A stretch of 64,000 nucleotides of DNA from Nitrospirota bacterium (GTDB lineage: Bacteria; Nitrospirota; UBA9217). Both the position numbers and the translations under genes were made by a program. Below are positions 1 through 11,169 of the stretch, one piece after another. Positions within the stretch are counted from its first letter, which is position 1. Every line of letters starts with the position of its first letter. The DNA lies in assembly GCA_963740085.1 (NCBI GenBank), contig CAVUCU010000004.1, forward strand, positions 32,001 to 96,000. The letters run 5' to 3'. Under the pieces are notes generated by a model that searched no databases, was not told the DNA's origin, and saw nothing but the letters and a program-made list of their open reading frames with translations.

Positions 1-1083
1 AAGTTCGACGTCACGGACACGACAAAGCCGGTCCCTGACCTGATCGTCCATAGAGGGAAGATCAGAAAAGGGACCTTTAAGACCGGCGATGCGATACTCG
101 CGAAGGTCGAGACCGATAGTCGGGCTGATATCGCCAGGCACCATACGGTAACGCATATTCTCCACGCAACGCTCCGTTCAGTGCTCGGCGAGCATGTGAA
201 ACAGGCGGGATCGCTTGTATCGCCTGATCGTCTCCGCTTTGATTTCACTCACTACACGGCGCTCACGGAACGGGAGAAAGAACGGGTCGAAGAGCTGGTG
301 AATGAGCGTATTTTCGAGAACCATCCCGTGGACACAACGGTCATGGACATCGATCAGGCCATTGCCGCCGGCGCCATGGCGCTCTTTGATGAGAAATACG
401 GGGACAAGGTCCGGGTGGTCACCGTGAAGGATGTGAGCAAAGAGCTCTGCGGCGGGACCCATACCCGTGCGAGCGGAGATATCGGCATGTTCAAGATCGT
501 TTCCGAGGCCGGCATCGCCGCCGGGGTCCGCAGGATCGAGGCGCTGGCCGGAAGACGGGCGTATCGGGAAGTAAAAAAAGAAGAGAAGAGCCTTCGGGAG
601 ATTGCCCAGGTGCTGAAGTCATCTGACGCCGACGTTGTCGAAAGGGTCGAGAAGCTGCTGGCACAGCTCAAAGAGAGCGAGAAAGAGCTTGACCGGATGA
701 AACACAAGCTCCAGTCCTCGCAGGCAGGCGATGTGATCGGGGAGGCAAAAGAGATCAATGGCATCATGGTGCTTGCCAAGCGGGTTGATGGAATTGATGC
801 CAAAGATCTGCGGGATTTCGGGGACAAGCTCAGGGACAAGCTCGGGTCGGGCGTTCTGGCGCTCGGTTCGGTGAAAGACGACAAGGTGAGCCTGATCGTG
901 ATGGTCTCAAAGGACCTGACGACGCGGTTCCATGCCGGCGCTCTCATCAAGGAGATGGCGCTTGTCCTGGGCGGCACGGGCGGGGGCAGGGCGGATCTGG
1001 CCCAGTCCGGAGGAAAGGACCCCGGGAAACTCGACGCGGCGCTCGACGCACTGTTCAACGCGGTAAAAAAAGCTGCCGGATAG
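1..1083 (+). CDS. alaS: Alanine--tRNA ligase, C-terminal part (5'-truncated by window)
   Basis: Frame open from base 1; RHHTVTHILH, QAGSLV..DRLRFDF, ELCGGTH, GIAAGVRRIEA editing-domain motifs and C-Ala GGGR..LAQSGG. Confidence 0.97.
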   Translation, partial: KFDVTDTTKPVPDLIVHRGKIRKGTFKTGDAILAKVETDSRADIARHHTVTHILHATLRSVLGEHVKQAGSLVSPDRLRFDFTHYTALTEREKERVEELVNERIFENHPVDTTVMDIDQAIAAGAMALFDEKYGDKVRVVTVKDVSKELCGGTHTRASGDIGMFKIVSEAGIAAGVRRIEALAGRRAYREVKKEEKSLREIAQVLKSSDADVVERVEKLLAQLKESEKELDRMKHKLQSSQAGDVIGEAKEINGIMVLAKRVDGIDAKDLRDFGDKLRDKLGSGVLALGSVKDDKVSLIVMVSKDLTTRFHAGALIKEMALVLGGTGGGRADLAQSGGKDPGKLDAALDALFNAVKKAAG

Positions 1084-1156
1084 GCCCCCGATAAATGAGT
1101 GTGCCGCCGGTTTCTGTAATCGATCTCTTTCCCGTGCTCGCACCGGCTTTGAGTTA

Positions 1157-1165
1157 TGTTATAAT
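1157..1165 (+). promoter_or_regulatory. Extended -10 sigma70 promoter for phasin gene
   Basis: TGtTATAAT about 30 nt upstream of ATG 1194; SD AAGGAGG follows. Confidence 0.5.
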
Positions 1166-1193
1166 CAGGTATATCTAAACCAAGGAGGTCAAC

Positions 1194-1514
1194 ATGAATG
1201 TTGCGGATGTCATCAAAAGGGCAATGCTTGCAGGGCTGGGAGCCCAGGAAAAGGCCAGGGAATTGGTCGACGAACTGGTCAAGGCAGGGGAACTTTCCAA
1301 AAGCGAGGCCTCCACTCTGGTGAAGGAGTGGGCGTCCAAGGCCGAGGAAAGCACCAAGGATATGGACCTTAAGGTCAAGGACGCCATCGCGGGTGCATTT
1401 GAAAAGATGAATATCCCGACTCGCGACGACCTTGAAAAGCTGGAAAAGAAGATGCAGGGCATCGCGGCGCGACTTTCGAAACTTGAAGGCGGCGAGGGGA
1501 AAGGCGGGGCATAA
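1194..1514 (+). CDS. Phasin / PhaF-PhaI-like granule-associated protein
   Basis: KRAMLAGLGA..EKA.ELVDELVK.GELS and NIPTRDDLEKLE pattern; SD AGGAGG. Confidence 0.8.
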   Translation: MNVADVIKRAMLAGLGAQEKARELVDELVKAGELSKSEASTLVKEWASKAEESTKDMDLKVKDAIAGAFEKMNIPTRDDLEKLEKKMQGIAARLSKLEGGEGKGGA

Positions 1515-1519
1515 GTTCG

Positions 1520-2037
1520 GGGCCCCGGCGCTTCCAAGTCTCTTGTTGGGCGGGAAAACAAGGACCTCTCTGTCAGATCAACGGATCGGACAGGCCATCA
1601 CGTCGGCGGGCCGGAATGTGTCCGTTCACCTTGTGGAACGGACGCGCCTGCGATGGTTTCTCGCGCCCGGCAGGCGCACCCTTCTGAAAAATTCCCCCCT
1701 CATCGATCATTGGCCGAGCGTGGGGGAATGTCTCTGGACGATGTTCGAGGAATTTGGGCCCGCACTCATCCGGCCCGGACAGAGCCGGCATCCAGACCGG
1801 ACAAATTACCCCATCGATTATTCATGGAACAGCCGACCATTAACGAAGCAGGAGCACCGTTCCCTCTCTCTCGGTGCCTTGTCGGAAAGGCTTTTTGCTC
1901 ATGAATCGTCCATGACCCGCACGGGAGTGATGAAAGCCGGGTTTTTCTGCTGTCTGACATCATCCGGTCTTTGGTCTTTTTTTAAAAACGTGCTCCTCTA
2001 TTCTTCTCTCCTTTGGGGGGAGGGGTCATGCGAATGA
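1520..2037 (+). pseudogene. Decayed, internally deleted AarF/UbiB (ABC1 kinase) remnant
   Basis: SVGECLWTMFEEFGPALIRPGQ resembles UbiB RLRLALEELGPTFIKLGQ; ASRPDKLP in another frame resembles STRPDLLP; about 0.5 kb; follows a phasin gene. Confidence 0.55.
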
Positions 2038-2059
2038 GCTTGGAGAAAGGCTTTTAAAA

Positions 2060-3157
2060 ATGAAAGTAATGAACAAAGGATTAAAAGTCTTTGTCGTCGC
2101 GTGGGGAACAACGCGAAAGTGGGTAAAGAAGAAGTCGTGGTTGTCATTCCTCGTCGCTACCGCTGCCTTGCTGTTCTGCATCCATTTTTATATCGCTCTC
2201 TTTGTTCCGCCATCCAACGAGAAGGTCTGGAAAGAGATCCATGTGACCGAAGGAATGAGCTTTAAGGCGATCGCCGGGGAACTTAAGAAAGAAGGCATCA
2301 TCCGCTACCGTGGATACTTCGAGATCATCGGCAGGCTGCAAGGTATCAGCCGCAAGGTGCGCGCGGGCTACTACGGGTTGAGCACGAGCATGAGCCTTTG
2401 GGAGGTCCTGGACCAAATTCGAACGGGAAGGATCATTGAATACGAGGTAGTGGTCCCGGAGGGATATAACCTGTACCAGATCGGCTGGACGCTGTCCGGC
2501 ACTCCGCTCATCTCCCAACCTCATGACTTCATCGATCTGGTGAAAAACAAGGCCTATGTCCACTCTCTCGGCATTGACGCTGATACGCTTGAAGGATATC
2601 TGTACCCGGATACGTACTATCTGCCTAAAGGCATCAAACTTGAAGATATTCCCAAAAAGATGGTCCAGCGATTTAAGACGGTGTTCACGGACAGCAAAAG
2701 AAACCGCGCGAAAGAGATGGGGTTCACCGAGCAGCAGATCATTACGCTCGCTTCGATCGTTGAAAAAGAAGCCAAGGTGGATTCGGAGCGGAAGCTCATC
2801 GCTGCGGTATATTATAACCGGTTGAAGCGGGGAATGAGACTCCAGGCGGACCCGACCGCGGTATATGGCACCAAGGCTTGGATCACGAAGGTCACCAAGG
2901 CGGACCTCAAGCGGCGGTCTCCTTATAATACTTACCTCCACAAGGGGCTTCCCCCGGGGCCGATCGCGAACCCCGGCGAGGGCTCAATCCTGGCCGCGCT
3001 CTATCCCGAAAAGGTGGACTATCTTTTCTTTGTCGCTCAGGGAGACGGCAGCCACTATTTCTCAAAGGATTTCAATTCGCATGAGAAGGCCATCGGCAGG
3101 TATCGGTCGAGCATGAAGAAGGCGATGCAGCAGGCGAAACAGAAAGAAAATAGATAG
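2060..3157 (+). CDS. mltG: Endolytic transglycosylase MltG (YceG)
   Basis: N-terminal TM; LEGYLYPDTY, ASIVEKE, NRLK.GMRLQADPT, SPYNTY..GLPPGPIANPG. Confidence 0.95.
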   Translation: MKVMNKGLKVFVVAWGTTRKWVKKKSWLSFLVATAALLFCIHFYIALFVPPSNEKVWKEIHVTEGMSFKAIAGELKKEGIIRYRGYFEIIGRLQGISRKVRAGYYGLSTSMSLWEVLDQIRTGRIIEYEVVVPEGYNLYQIGWTLSGTPLISQPHDFIDLVKNKAYVHSLGIDADTLEGYLYPDTYYLPKGIKLEDIPKKMVQRFKTVFTDSKRNRAKEMGFTEQQIITLASIVEKEAKVDSERKLIAAVYYNRLKRGMRLQADPTAVYGTKAWITKVTKADLKRRSPYNTYLHKGLPPGPIANPGEGSILAALYPEKVDYLFFVAQGDGSHYFSKDFNSHEKAIGRYRSSMKKAMQQAKQKENR

Positions 3158-3247
3158 GAGACCATTGGTGCAACACCAGCAAGGGTACAATTCCTCAGAG
3201 TGAGGAACAACGCAAAGGCAGAAACCTTCCGCAAGATATTCCGCAAA

Positions 3248-3625
3248 TCAGCCGTAATTTCCCCGCGCAGTTCCGCCGTCAAACGTATCGCCTGACCTGT
3301 GTTCCCCGCGGCTTCTCAGGAGGGAATACGAGATCGCCGTTACGGCCTTGGCGCGAGCCTCTATAATCGGTCCTTTTGAACATAGGCCTCGATCTTTGAT
3401 CATGGTGACGAGGACTTCCTTGAGGTATTGCGATTGCCAGATGATATCGAAGATGGCCTCGTAGCGGGTGCCGGGCAGATCGAGCGTGGTCACGATGAGA
3501 TTGAGCGTTTCCGCGATATGGATTTTCAGTATATCGTCGGTCGTTGTTGGGGTAAAGACCATGATGTCCGCGCGGTTGAGCGGGTTTTCGCACCGCGGTG
3601 TAAAGACGCCATGAGTATCTTTCAT
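3248..3625 (-). pseudogene. Degenerate receiver-like protein remnant
   Basis: LNRADIMVFT..TTDDILKIH....NLIVTTLDLPG resembles an atypical receiver domain; no clean start or end. Confidence 0.3.
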
Positions 3626-3691
3626 AAGATCTGGAAGAAAGGTTGCCCTATTTTCATCCCTTGACCGGCGCAAGGTGCCGTATAAAAGCAA

Positions 3692-4543
3692 TTACTCCCG
3701 CTGCCTCGGATCAAGCGCGTCGCGGATGCCTTCGCCGAGCAGATTGTAGCCGAGCACGGTGATGAGGATAGCAAGGCCGGGGAAGGCGGAAAGCCACCAG
3801 GCGATCTCGATGTTGTCCTTGCCGGAGGAAAGAAGACTGCCCCAGCTTGGGGTGGGGGGCTGAACGCCGAGGCCGAGAAAACTCAGGGCCGACTCGATAA
3901 GGATCGCGCCGCCGATGCCCATGGTGGCGGAGACGAGGATCGGGGAGAGGCCGTTCGGCAGAACATGCTTCATGATGATGCGGCTGTCGGTGGCGCCGAT
4001 GGCGCGCGCGGCGAGCACGAACTCACGCTCTTTGAGCGAAATGAACTCAGCGCGGATGAGCCGGGCCGGTTCCATCCAGCTGGTAAGCCCGATCACGATC
4101 ATAATGTTGATGATGCTCGGCTCCAGGATCGCGATCACGGCCAGCACCAGAAATATCGTAGGGATGCTCAGCATGATGTCAACGGCCCGCATGATCGCAC
4201 TATCGATGGCTCCACCATAGAAACCTGCAATGGCGCCGAGAATGATGCCGATGATCGTAGAGATCCCGACTGCCACGAAACCCACCTCAAGCGAGATCCT
4301 TCCGCCCCAGAGCATGCGCGAGAACACGTCCCTGCCCAGATCATCCGTCCCCAGGAGATGGGAAAAGCTGGGGCCGATCAGGATGTTCTTGATGTCGATG
4401 GTTGACGGATTATAGGGTGCGATCAGCGGCGCGCAGATGGACAGAATGAAGACGAGCAGCACGAGCATCCCGCCGATGACGGCGAACTTGTTCTTCATGA
4501 GGTAATGAAGTGTCTGCGATGTGAAGGATTCTGATTTGCCCAT
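3692..4543 (-). CDS. Peptide/nickel ABC transporter permease (OppC/DppC)
   Basis: HLLGTDDLGRDVFSR, EFVLAARAIGA EAA loop, LSFLGLG..PPTPSWG; start set at MGKSESF. Confidence 0.93.
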   Translation of the reverse strand: MGKSESFTSQTLHYLMKNKFAVIGGMLVLLVFILSICAPLIAPYNPSTIDIKNILIGPSFSHLLGTDDLGRDVFSRMLWGGRISLEVGFVAVGISTIIGIILGAIAGFYGGAIDSAIMRAVDIMLSIPTIFLVLAVIAILEPSIINIMIVIGLTSWMEPARLIRAEFISLKEREFVLAARAIGATDSRIIMKHVLPNGLSPILVSATMGIGGAILIESALSFLGLGVQPPTPSWGSLLSSGKDNIEIAWWLSAFPGLAILITVLGYNLLGEGIRDALDPRQRE

Positions 4544-4556
4544 TTGAAATAATTTC

Positions 4557-4626
4557 TGCCACCCCGAACGAAGTGAAGGGTGTGGTTCGATCAAATTAAG
4601 GATTCTTCGCTTCGCTCAGAACGACA
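4557..4626. repeat. REP-like imperfect inverted repeat
   Basis: TGCCACCCCGAACGAAGTGAAGGGT ... ATTCTTCGCTTCGCTCAGAACGACA arms between the two permease genes. Confidence 0.55.
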
Positions 4627-4660
4627 AACCAAAAATTCACGAGTCTTACTGGCGGCCCTC

Positions 4661-5632
4661 TTATTTCAATCTCACCCTCGGATCGGTAAAGGCATATGCG
4701 ATGTCCGCCAGGAAGTTCCCGAGCAAGGTCAGGAACGCCACGGGCACCAGTATCCCCATGACGAGGTTATAGTCCCGCGACAAGACCGACTGGAACATAA
4801 GCTGACCCATGCCGGGAATGCCGAAGACCTGTTCAATGATCACACTGCCGCCGATGATGCCGGGGAGTGACAGGCCGAGGATGGTAATAACCGGCATGAG
4901 CGCATTCCTGAGCGCGTGTTTGTAAATGACCACGCGCTCGGAAAGCCCCTTGGCCCTGGCTGTGCGAATGTAATCCTGCCTCATGACCTCGAGCATGTTA
5001 TTCCGGACATAACGCGAGAATCCGGCCAGACCGCCGAACGACAGCACGAAGACCGGCAGGATCAGATGACGGAACCTGTCCGCGAGCCTGCCCCAGTCCG
5101 AGAGTCCCGTCACATCCAGGCTCTGGATGCCGGATATCGGAAGCACGCCCCACTGCACACCAAAGAGATAGATGAGCAGAAGAGCCAGCCAGAACGAAGG
5201 CGTGGAAAATCCTATGAAGACGAACATGGTCGTGAACCGGTCAAGGAGCGAGTATTGCCGGGTGGCGGACATAATTCCGATGGGTAGAGCGATCAAAAGG
5301 ACCAGTCCGAGCGAGAGCAGGTTTATCGTGAGCGTGATCGGGAGGCGTTCAAGGATCTTGTCCTTGACCTTGCGGCCATCGGCAAAGGCCTCGCCGAAAT
5401 CAAGGGTCACGAACTTAGTGAGCCACGTGGCGTATTGCTTGTAAAAGGGCTGGTCAGCTCCGTACAGCTTGCGGAGCCGCTCACGAGCTTCGGCGGACGC
5501 CTTTGCTGAAAACTCCATCTGCGCCTCGGCGGGACCGCCCGGGGCGAGTCGCATGACGCCAAAACTCAGCAGGGTGATGCCGAGGAGGATGGGAATCATC
5601 AGGAGCGCGCGTTTTATGACGTAGAAGAGCAT
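4661..5632 (-). CDS. Peptide/nickel ABC transporter permease (OppB/DppB)
   Basis: LAPGGP, QY..WL..FVTLDFG, DYIRTARAKGL, HALRNA, E.VFGIPGMG. Confidence 0.95.
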   Translation of the reverse strand: MLFYVIKRALLMIPILLGITLLSFGVMRLAPGGPAEAQMEFSAKASAEARERLRKLYGADQPFYKQYATWLTKFVTLDFGEAFADGRKVKDKILERLPITLTINLLSLGLVLLIALPIGIMSATRQYSLLDRFTTMFVFIGFSTPSFWLALLLIYLFGVQWGVLPISGIQSLDVTGLSDWGRLADRFRHLILPVFVLSFGGLAGFSRYVRNNMLEVMRQDYIRTARAKGLSERVVIYKHALRNALMPVITILGLSLPGIIGGSVIIEQVFGIPGMGQLMFQSVLSRDYNLVMGILVPVAFLTLLGNFLADIAYAFTDPRVRLK

Positions 5633-5641
5633 CGGTTGGCT

Positions 5642-5896
5642 TTATTCCGTGACCTTGTATACGAGATCGAAGGGCTTTGCGTGCTGGGAAAGCTTGATGC
5701 CGGTAAACTGGCCGCGGATGGCCTTCTGGACCGGTTGGTGGTCGAACTCCAAGCCATCGATCTTCTGAGTGAAGTCGGTGTTGTTTCCCTTGAGGTGAAT
5801 GGTATCACCGATCGCGAGATCGCCGAAATCAAGCTTGACCGCCGCAACGGAAGTTTTTTCAAAAAACCGTATAACCGACCCGATCCGCTCTTCCAT
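5642..5896 (-). CDS. Small beta-barrel protein (translation elongation factor-like / U32 peptidase C-terminal-like)
   Basis: EERIG.V..FF.K.SVAAVKL...L.IGDTIHLKG..TDFTQ pattern; start set at MEERIG. Confidence 0.7.
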   Translation of the reverse strand: MEERIGSVIRFFEKTSVAAVKLDFGDLAIGDTIHLKGNNTDFTQKIDGLEFDHQPVQKAIRGQFTGIKLSQHAKPFDLVYKVTE

Positions 5897-6054
5897 AGGC
5901 GTAATCATAGTATAAAACTCATGCCATTTCAAGGGAAAAGGGCACGGGGGGAAAAAGGAGGTCAGAATAGAGACAGAAAGAAGGCGGATGGATGCAACCT
6001 TTTTCGTTCATCGCCTGCTCGTCTGCCACCAGTGGTCCCGACGGGACATAGCGC

Positions 6055-6083
6055 TTGACAATGCGGAGGAGTGTGAGTATTAT
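6055..6083 (+). promoter_or_regulatory. sigma70 promoter of tRNA cluster
   Basis: TTGACA-17-TATTAT. Confidence 0.75.
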
Positions 6084-6123
6084 ATGGCCTACCAGTCAGG
6101 GTATAAAGGGAGCTTTTGTACCG

Positions 6124-6200
<77 letters not shown>

Positions 6201-6278
6201 TTGTAATTGGAAATTGAAGGTTGGAAATCGTAAATCTGAAATTTTCAATCTGTAATTTTCAATGGAGCGTAGCGACAT

Positions 6279-6355
6279 GCGCCTGTAGCTCAGATGGATA
6301 GAGCAACAGCCTTCTAAGCTGTGGGCCAGGGGTTCGATTCCCTTCAGGCGCACCA
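6279..6355 (+). tRNA. tRNA-Arg(TCT)
   Basis: ACAGC-CT TCT AA-GCTGT; acceptor GCGCCTG/CAGGCGC; CCA. Confidence 0.97.
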
Positions 6356-6449
6356 ATAAAAGAACAGACGTGCGCAAGCGCGTGAAGGAAAATTGAGAAG
6401 GTCTCCTTTCAGACGTGAATAGAATCAAATGCGGTATACGGATTGTTTG

Positions 6450-6478
6450 TTGACAAATCAAACGTGGCACTATAAAAT
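6450..6478 (+). promoter_or_regulatory. sigma70 promoter upstream of tRNA-His
   Basis: TTGACA-17-TAAAAT. Confidence 0.7.
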
Positions 6479-6523
6479 TAATTGGTTTCTCAATCCGCAA
6501 TCCGCTTTCTGAAAAAATAACAT

Positions 6524-6600
6524 GGTGGGCGTAGCTCAGTTGGTAGAGCTCCAGGTTGTGGCCCTGGTGGCCGCGGGTTCAAGCCCCGTCGCTCACCCCA
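6524..6600 (+). tRNA. tRNA-His(GTG)
   Basis: G-1 encoded; CCAGG-TT GTG GC-CCTGG; C73 then CCA. Confidence 0.97.
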
Positions 6601-6662
6601 AATTTCGATCGTAGAGACGGTCACGTCGGCCGTCTCTACAGCTTTTATAAGGTGTTTTTGAC

Positions 6663-6739
<77 letters not shown>

Positions 6740-6798
6740 GAATCACCTTGCAAGATCAGCACCCGGCAAAGAACGAGAAGGGAACTGCTTTCCTGCGG

Positions 6799-6921
6799 CC
6801 AGAGGGGTGCAGGGGAGATGCTCCGCTGCGGTTCGGGGGAGAAACCAGAGGGGGCAGGCCTCCTCTGGGGAGCCCTTCATGGGCGACGGCTGCACGGTTC
6901 GACTCCTGCCGGGCGCACCAG
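6799..6921 (+). repeat. tRNA-linked structured module copy 1 plus duplicated 3' end of tRNA-Arg(TCG)
   Basis: 6832-6889 matches 7209-7266 at 56/58 nt; 6896-6921 is identical to 6715-6740. Confidence 0.9.
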
Positions 6922-7034
6922 GATACCGCAAAGGAACAAACGACGGACGAGAGACGAGGGATGAGAGACGCATGCGCGTCCATCGTCCTAGCGCGCAAAG
7001 AGAGCGGTCGTCTATCGTCCAGCGAGTTTTTATC

Positions 7035-7111
7035 GCGCCTGTAGCTCAGCTGGATAGAGCGTTGGCCTCCGAAGCCAAAGGTCGTGGGTCCGACTCCCGC
7101 CAGGCGCACCA
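7035..7111 (+). tRNA. tRNA-Arg(CCG) with atypical T-loop (TCCGACT)
   Basis: TTGGC-CT CCG AA-GCCAA; acceptor GCGCCTG/CAGGCGC; CCA. Confidence 0.9.
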
Positions 7112-7175
7112 GTTTAATAATCAATGACAGGCAATATGCGCGGCAAAATGGGTCGGCGAAATAGAGGGTCCACGA

Positions 7176-7294
7176 CCTGAGGGTTTCAGGGGAAGCATTC
7201 CCCTGAGTTTCGGGGGAGAAACCAGAGGGGGCAGGCCCCCTTTGGGGAGCCCTTCATGGGCGACGGAGTGGGTCCGACTCCCGCCAGGCGCACC
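7176..7294 (+). repeat. tRNA-linked structured module copy 2 plus duplicated 3' end of tRNA-Arg(CCG)
   Basis: Same 58-nt core as copy 1; 7268-7294 is identical to 7084-7110. Confidence 0.9.
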
Positions 7295-7411
7295 GTCAAA
7301 AAAGAGGAGACAAAAAAGGATTAACGAGGGACGAGAGATGAGGAATGTAATTCGTTTTTCGTCTTAGTGAGCGAAGCGAACGGTCGTCAATCGTCCCATC
7401 ATTTTTTTATC

Positions 7412-7440
7412 TTGCATCAGGCGTTAAAGATAAGTATAAT
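7412..7440 (+). promoter_or_regulatory. sigma70 promoter for tRNA-Lys/Leu and tig operon
   Basis: TTGCAT-17-TATAAT. Confidence 0.65.
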
Positions 7441-7475
7441 AACCGCTCTTTGTATCTGATACTCTCATCGCGTAT

Positions 7476-7551
<76 letters not shown>

Positions 7552-7632
7552 TATTAAAACTCAGGGAGCAGTGAGCAGCAGGCAGCGGATCACGAAGGCT
7601 GCTTTACGTTCACTGCTTTCTTTGTTCCTGAA

Positions 7633-7715
7633 GCGAGAGTGGCGGAACTGGCAGACGCGCCAGACTTAGGATCTGGTGGGCGACCATGGGGGTTCAAGTC
7701 CCCCCTCTCGCACCA
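7633..7715 (+). tRNA. tRNA-Leu(TAG)
   Basis: CCAGA-CT TAG GA-TCTGG, long variable arm, acceptor GCGAGAG/CTCTCGC, CCA. Confidence 0.96.
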
Positions 7716-7828
7716 TGATAGTTCAGAGTTCGGAGTTCAAAGTTCGGAGGGAGATCGTAACGCACCTTGCGCCATGAACCTTGAAGACCATACAATCTCA
7801 ATCTACTCTTATTACAAGGTGGTATCCC

Positions 7829-9115
7829 ATGAAATCAGTGATAGAAGAAATAAATCCGGTAAAGAAAAAGATCAATATCGAAATTGAGCACGAGTCCGTG
7901 GACAAAGAGATGGACAAGGCGATCAAGGACGTTGCCAAAAAGGCAAAGATACACGGTTTCCGTCCCGGTAAGGCACCGAAAAATATCGTGGAAAAACATT
8001 ATGGCGAAGAAGTCCGGTCCGAGGTCACGAACAGGCTCATCTCGGATTCGTACCTCATGGCGCTCCGGGAGCACAATCTCAGCCCCGTGGATATGCCGAA
8101 GATCGAGAACATAACGACGCTTGCAAAGGGCTCTTCGCTGAGCTTTACCGCCATCGTGGAAGTACGCCCGAGCATAACGCTTGGCACCTACGACGGCATT
8201 GAAATCAAGGAACGGGACCTTGCGGTGACCGACGAAGAATTGAATCAGACGCTTGACCGTCTCCGTGAGATGTATGCGCAGCTTGAAGTTGTCGAGGGGC
8301 AGGCTCTCGCGAAGGATCACACGGCGATCATCGATTTCGAGGGGTTCCATGACGGAAAGACCATCGAAGGCGCCAAGGCCACGGACCATATGCTGTCCAT
8401 CGGATCGGGCAATCTGATCCCGGGGTTTGAGGAGCAGCTTATCGGCATGAAGAAGAACGAGACGCGGGATATCAAGGTCACGTTCCCGGCGGATTATACC
8501 AATAAGGAAATAGCGGGCAAGGAAGCGCGCTTTACGGTAACGCTCAAAGAGATCAAGCAGAAAGTCCTCCCCGAGCTGAATGATGAATTCGCGAAGGATA
8601 CCGGCGGCAACAAGACGGTTGAAGAGCTGAGGGCGCGGATCAAGGAAGATCTCCAGGCACGAAAGCGCGACGAGCAGGGGTCTGCCCAGCGCGAGGAATT
8701 GATGTCGAAATTGGTGGACGCTCATGAGTTCGATGTCCCGCAGGGCATGGTGGAACATGAACTGCAGACCATGGCGAGGCAGCAGGCCACCCGCTTCGCC
8801 CGGCAGGGCATGGACCTCAAGTCCTTTGATGCAAAGAAGTTCATGGAGAAGAACCGGGACCTGGCCGTGAAACGGGTCAAGGGAATACTGCTGCTCGAAG
8901 AGATAGCTGAAAAAGAGAAGGTCGACGTTACCGACCAGGAATTATCCGCGTCCATCGCGGCGATGGCGAAGGAAGCGGGACAGACCTCGGACGCCGTCAG
9001 GAAATATTATGAGTCTCAGGACGGGGGCCTTGATAACCTGCGCGCCTCACTGGTCCAGGAAAAGACTTTCGGTCTCTTGATTTCCCGTGCAAAGAAGGTT
9101 TATAATAATCAGTAA
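7829..9115 (+). CDS. tig: Trigger factor
   Basis: GFRPGKAP ribosome-binding motif, FKBP domain ([10 protein letters not shown]); precedes clpP. Confidence 0.97.
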   Translation: MKSVIEEINPVKKKINIEIEHESVDKEMDKAIKDVAKKAKIHGFRPGKAPKNIVEKHYGEEVRSEVTNRLISDSYLMALREHNLSPVDMPKIENITTLAKGSSLSFTAIVEVRPSITLGTYDGIEIKERDLAVTDEELNQTLDRLREMYAQLEVVEGQALAKDHTAIIDFEGFHDGKTIEGAKATDHMLSIGSGNLIPGFEEQLIGMKKNETRDIKVTFPADYTNKEIAGKEARFTVTLKEIKQKVLPELNDEFAKDTGGNKTVEELRARIKEDLQARKRDEQGSAQREELMSKLVDAHEFDVPQGMVEHELQTMARQQATRFARQGMDLKSFDAKKFMEKNRDLAVKRVKGILLLEEIAEKEKVDVTDQELSASIAAMAKEAGQTSDAVRKYYESQDGGLDNLRASLVQEKTFGLLISRAKKVYNNQ

Positions 9116-9219
9116 GAAGGATCAAAGAATTCAGGCTGAGAGGGCATAACCTCACTGAGAGACCCGGGAATTTATCTTTGGTGCTTTCGTTTTTCAGTGA
9201 CAACCGCGAAGGAGAATAC

Positions 9220-9825
9220 ATGTCATTGATCCCCATGGTAATAGAACAGACAAGCCGGGGCGAGCGGGCGTACGATATTTACTCCCGGTTGTTGAAGGAC
9301 CGGATCATCTTCCTCGGCACGCCTATCGACGACATCGTGGCGAACACCGTGATCGCGCAGCTCCTTTTCCTTGAAGCCGATGACCCGGACAAGGACATCT
9401 ATATTTACATCAATTCTCCGGGAGGCATTGTGACCGCCGGGCTTGCTATCTACGACACCATGAATTACATCAAGTCTCCGGTCTCGACCATTTGCATCGG
9501 ACAGGCCGCGAGCATGGGTGCGCTGCTTCTGGCATCGGGCGCCAAGGGCAAGAGATTCTCTTTGCCGCACGCCCGTATCATGATCCACCAGCCCATGGGC
9601 GGGTTCCAGGGACAGGCCACGGACATCGAGATCCATGCCAAGGAAATGCTCAAGATGAAGGACACGCTGAACAAGATCCTGGCGAACCATACGGGGCAGC
9701 CGATCGAGAAGATCCATGAGGATACTGACCGGGATTATTTCATGTCCGGTGAAGACGCGAAGGCATATGGTCTTGTTGATGAGGTCATTGCCAAGAAGGT
9801 GCCCGCACTGGTGAAGGAGAAGTGA
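9220..9825 (+). CDS. clpP: ATP-dependent Clp protease proteolytic subunit
   Basis: [30 protein letters not shown] (Ser), IMIHQP (His). Confidence 0.98.
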   Translation: MSLIPMVIEQTSRGERAYDIYSRLLKDRIIFLGTPIDDIVANTVIAQLLFLEADDPDKDIYIYINSPGGIVTAGLAIYDTMNYIKSPVSTICIGQAASMGALLLASGAKGKRFSLPHARIMIHQPMGGFQGQATDIEIHAKEMLKMKDTLNKILANHTGQPIEKIHEDTDRDYFMSGEDAKAYGLVDEVIAKKVPALVKEK

Positions 9826-9829
9826 CCCC

Positions 9830-11072
<1,243 letters not shown>

Positions 11073-11074
<2 letters not shown>

Positions 11075-11160
11075 TCAGAAGCAGGAGTCAGGAGCCAGTA
11101 TTCAGGAGTCAGAAGGAATATTTTTATTCTGACTCCCGGCTCCTGGCTTCTGACTCCTGA
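11073..11160. repeat. Heptamer-repeat hairpin (AGTCAGG-type) between clpX and engB
   Basis: Left arm of AGTCAGA/AGTCAGG/AGCCAGT/ATTCAGG units; right arm of TCTGACT/CCTGGCT/CCCGGCT units. Confidence 0.85.
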
Positions 11161-11169
11161 TCTCTCATC

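Noticed and set aside
6868-6921. GCC-CTTCATG-GGC loop before the duplicated T-arm looks like a UCA (Sec/opal) anticodon arm
   Set aside because: Only 3-4 bp stem, U at position 37, and no 5' acceptor strand or D-arm in the module; not a supportable tRNA
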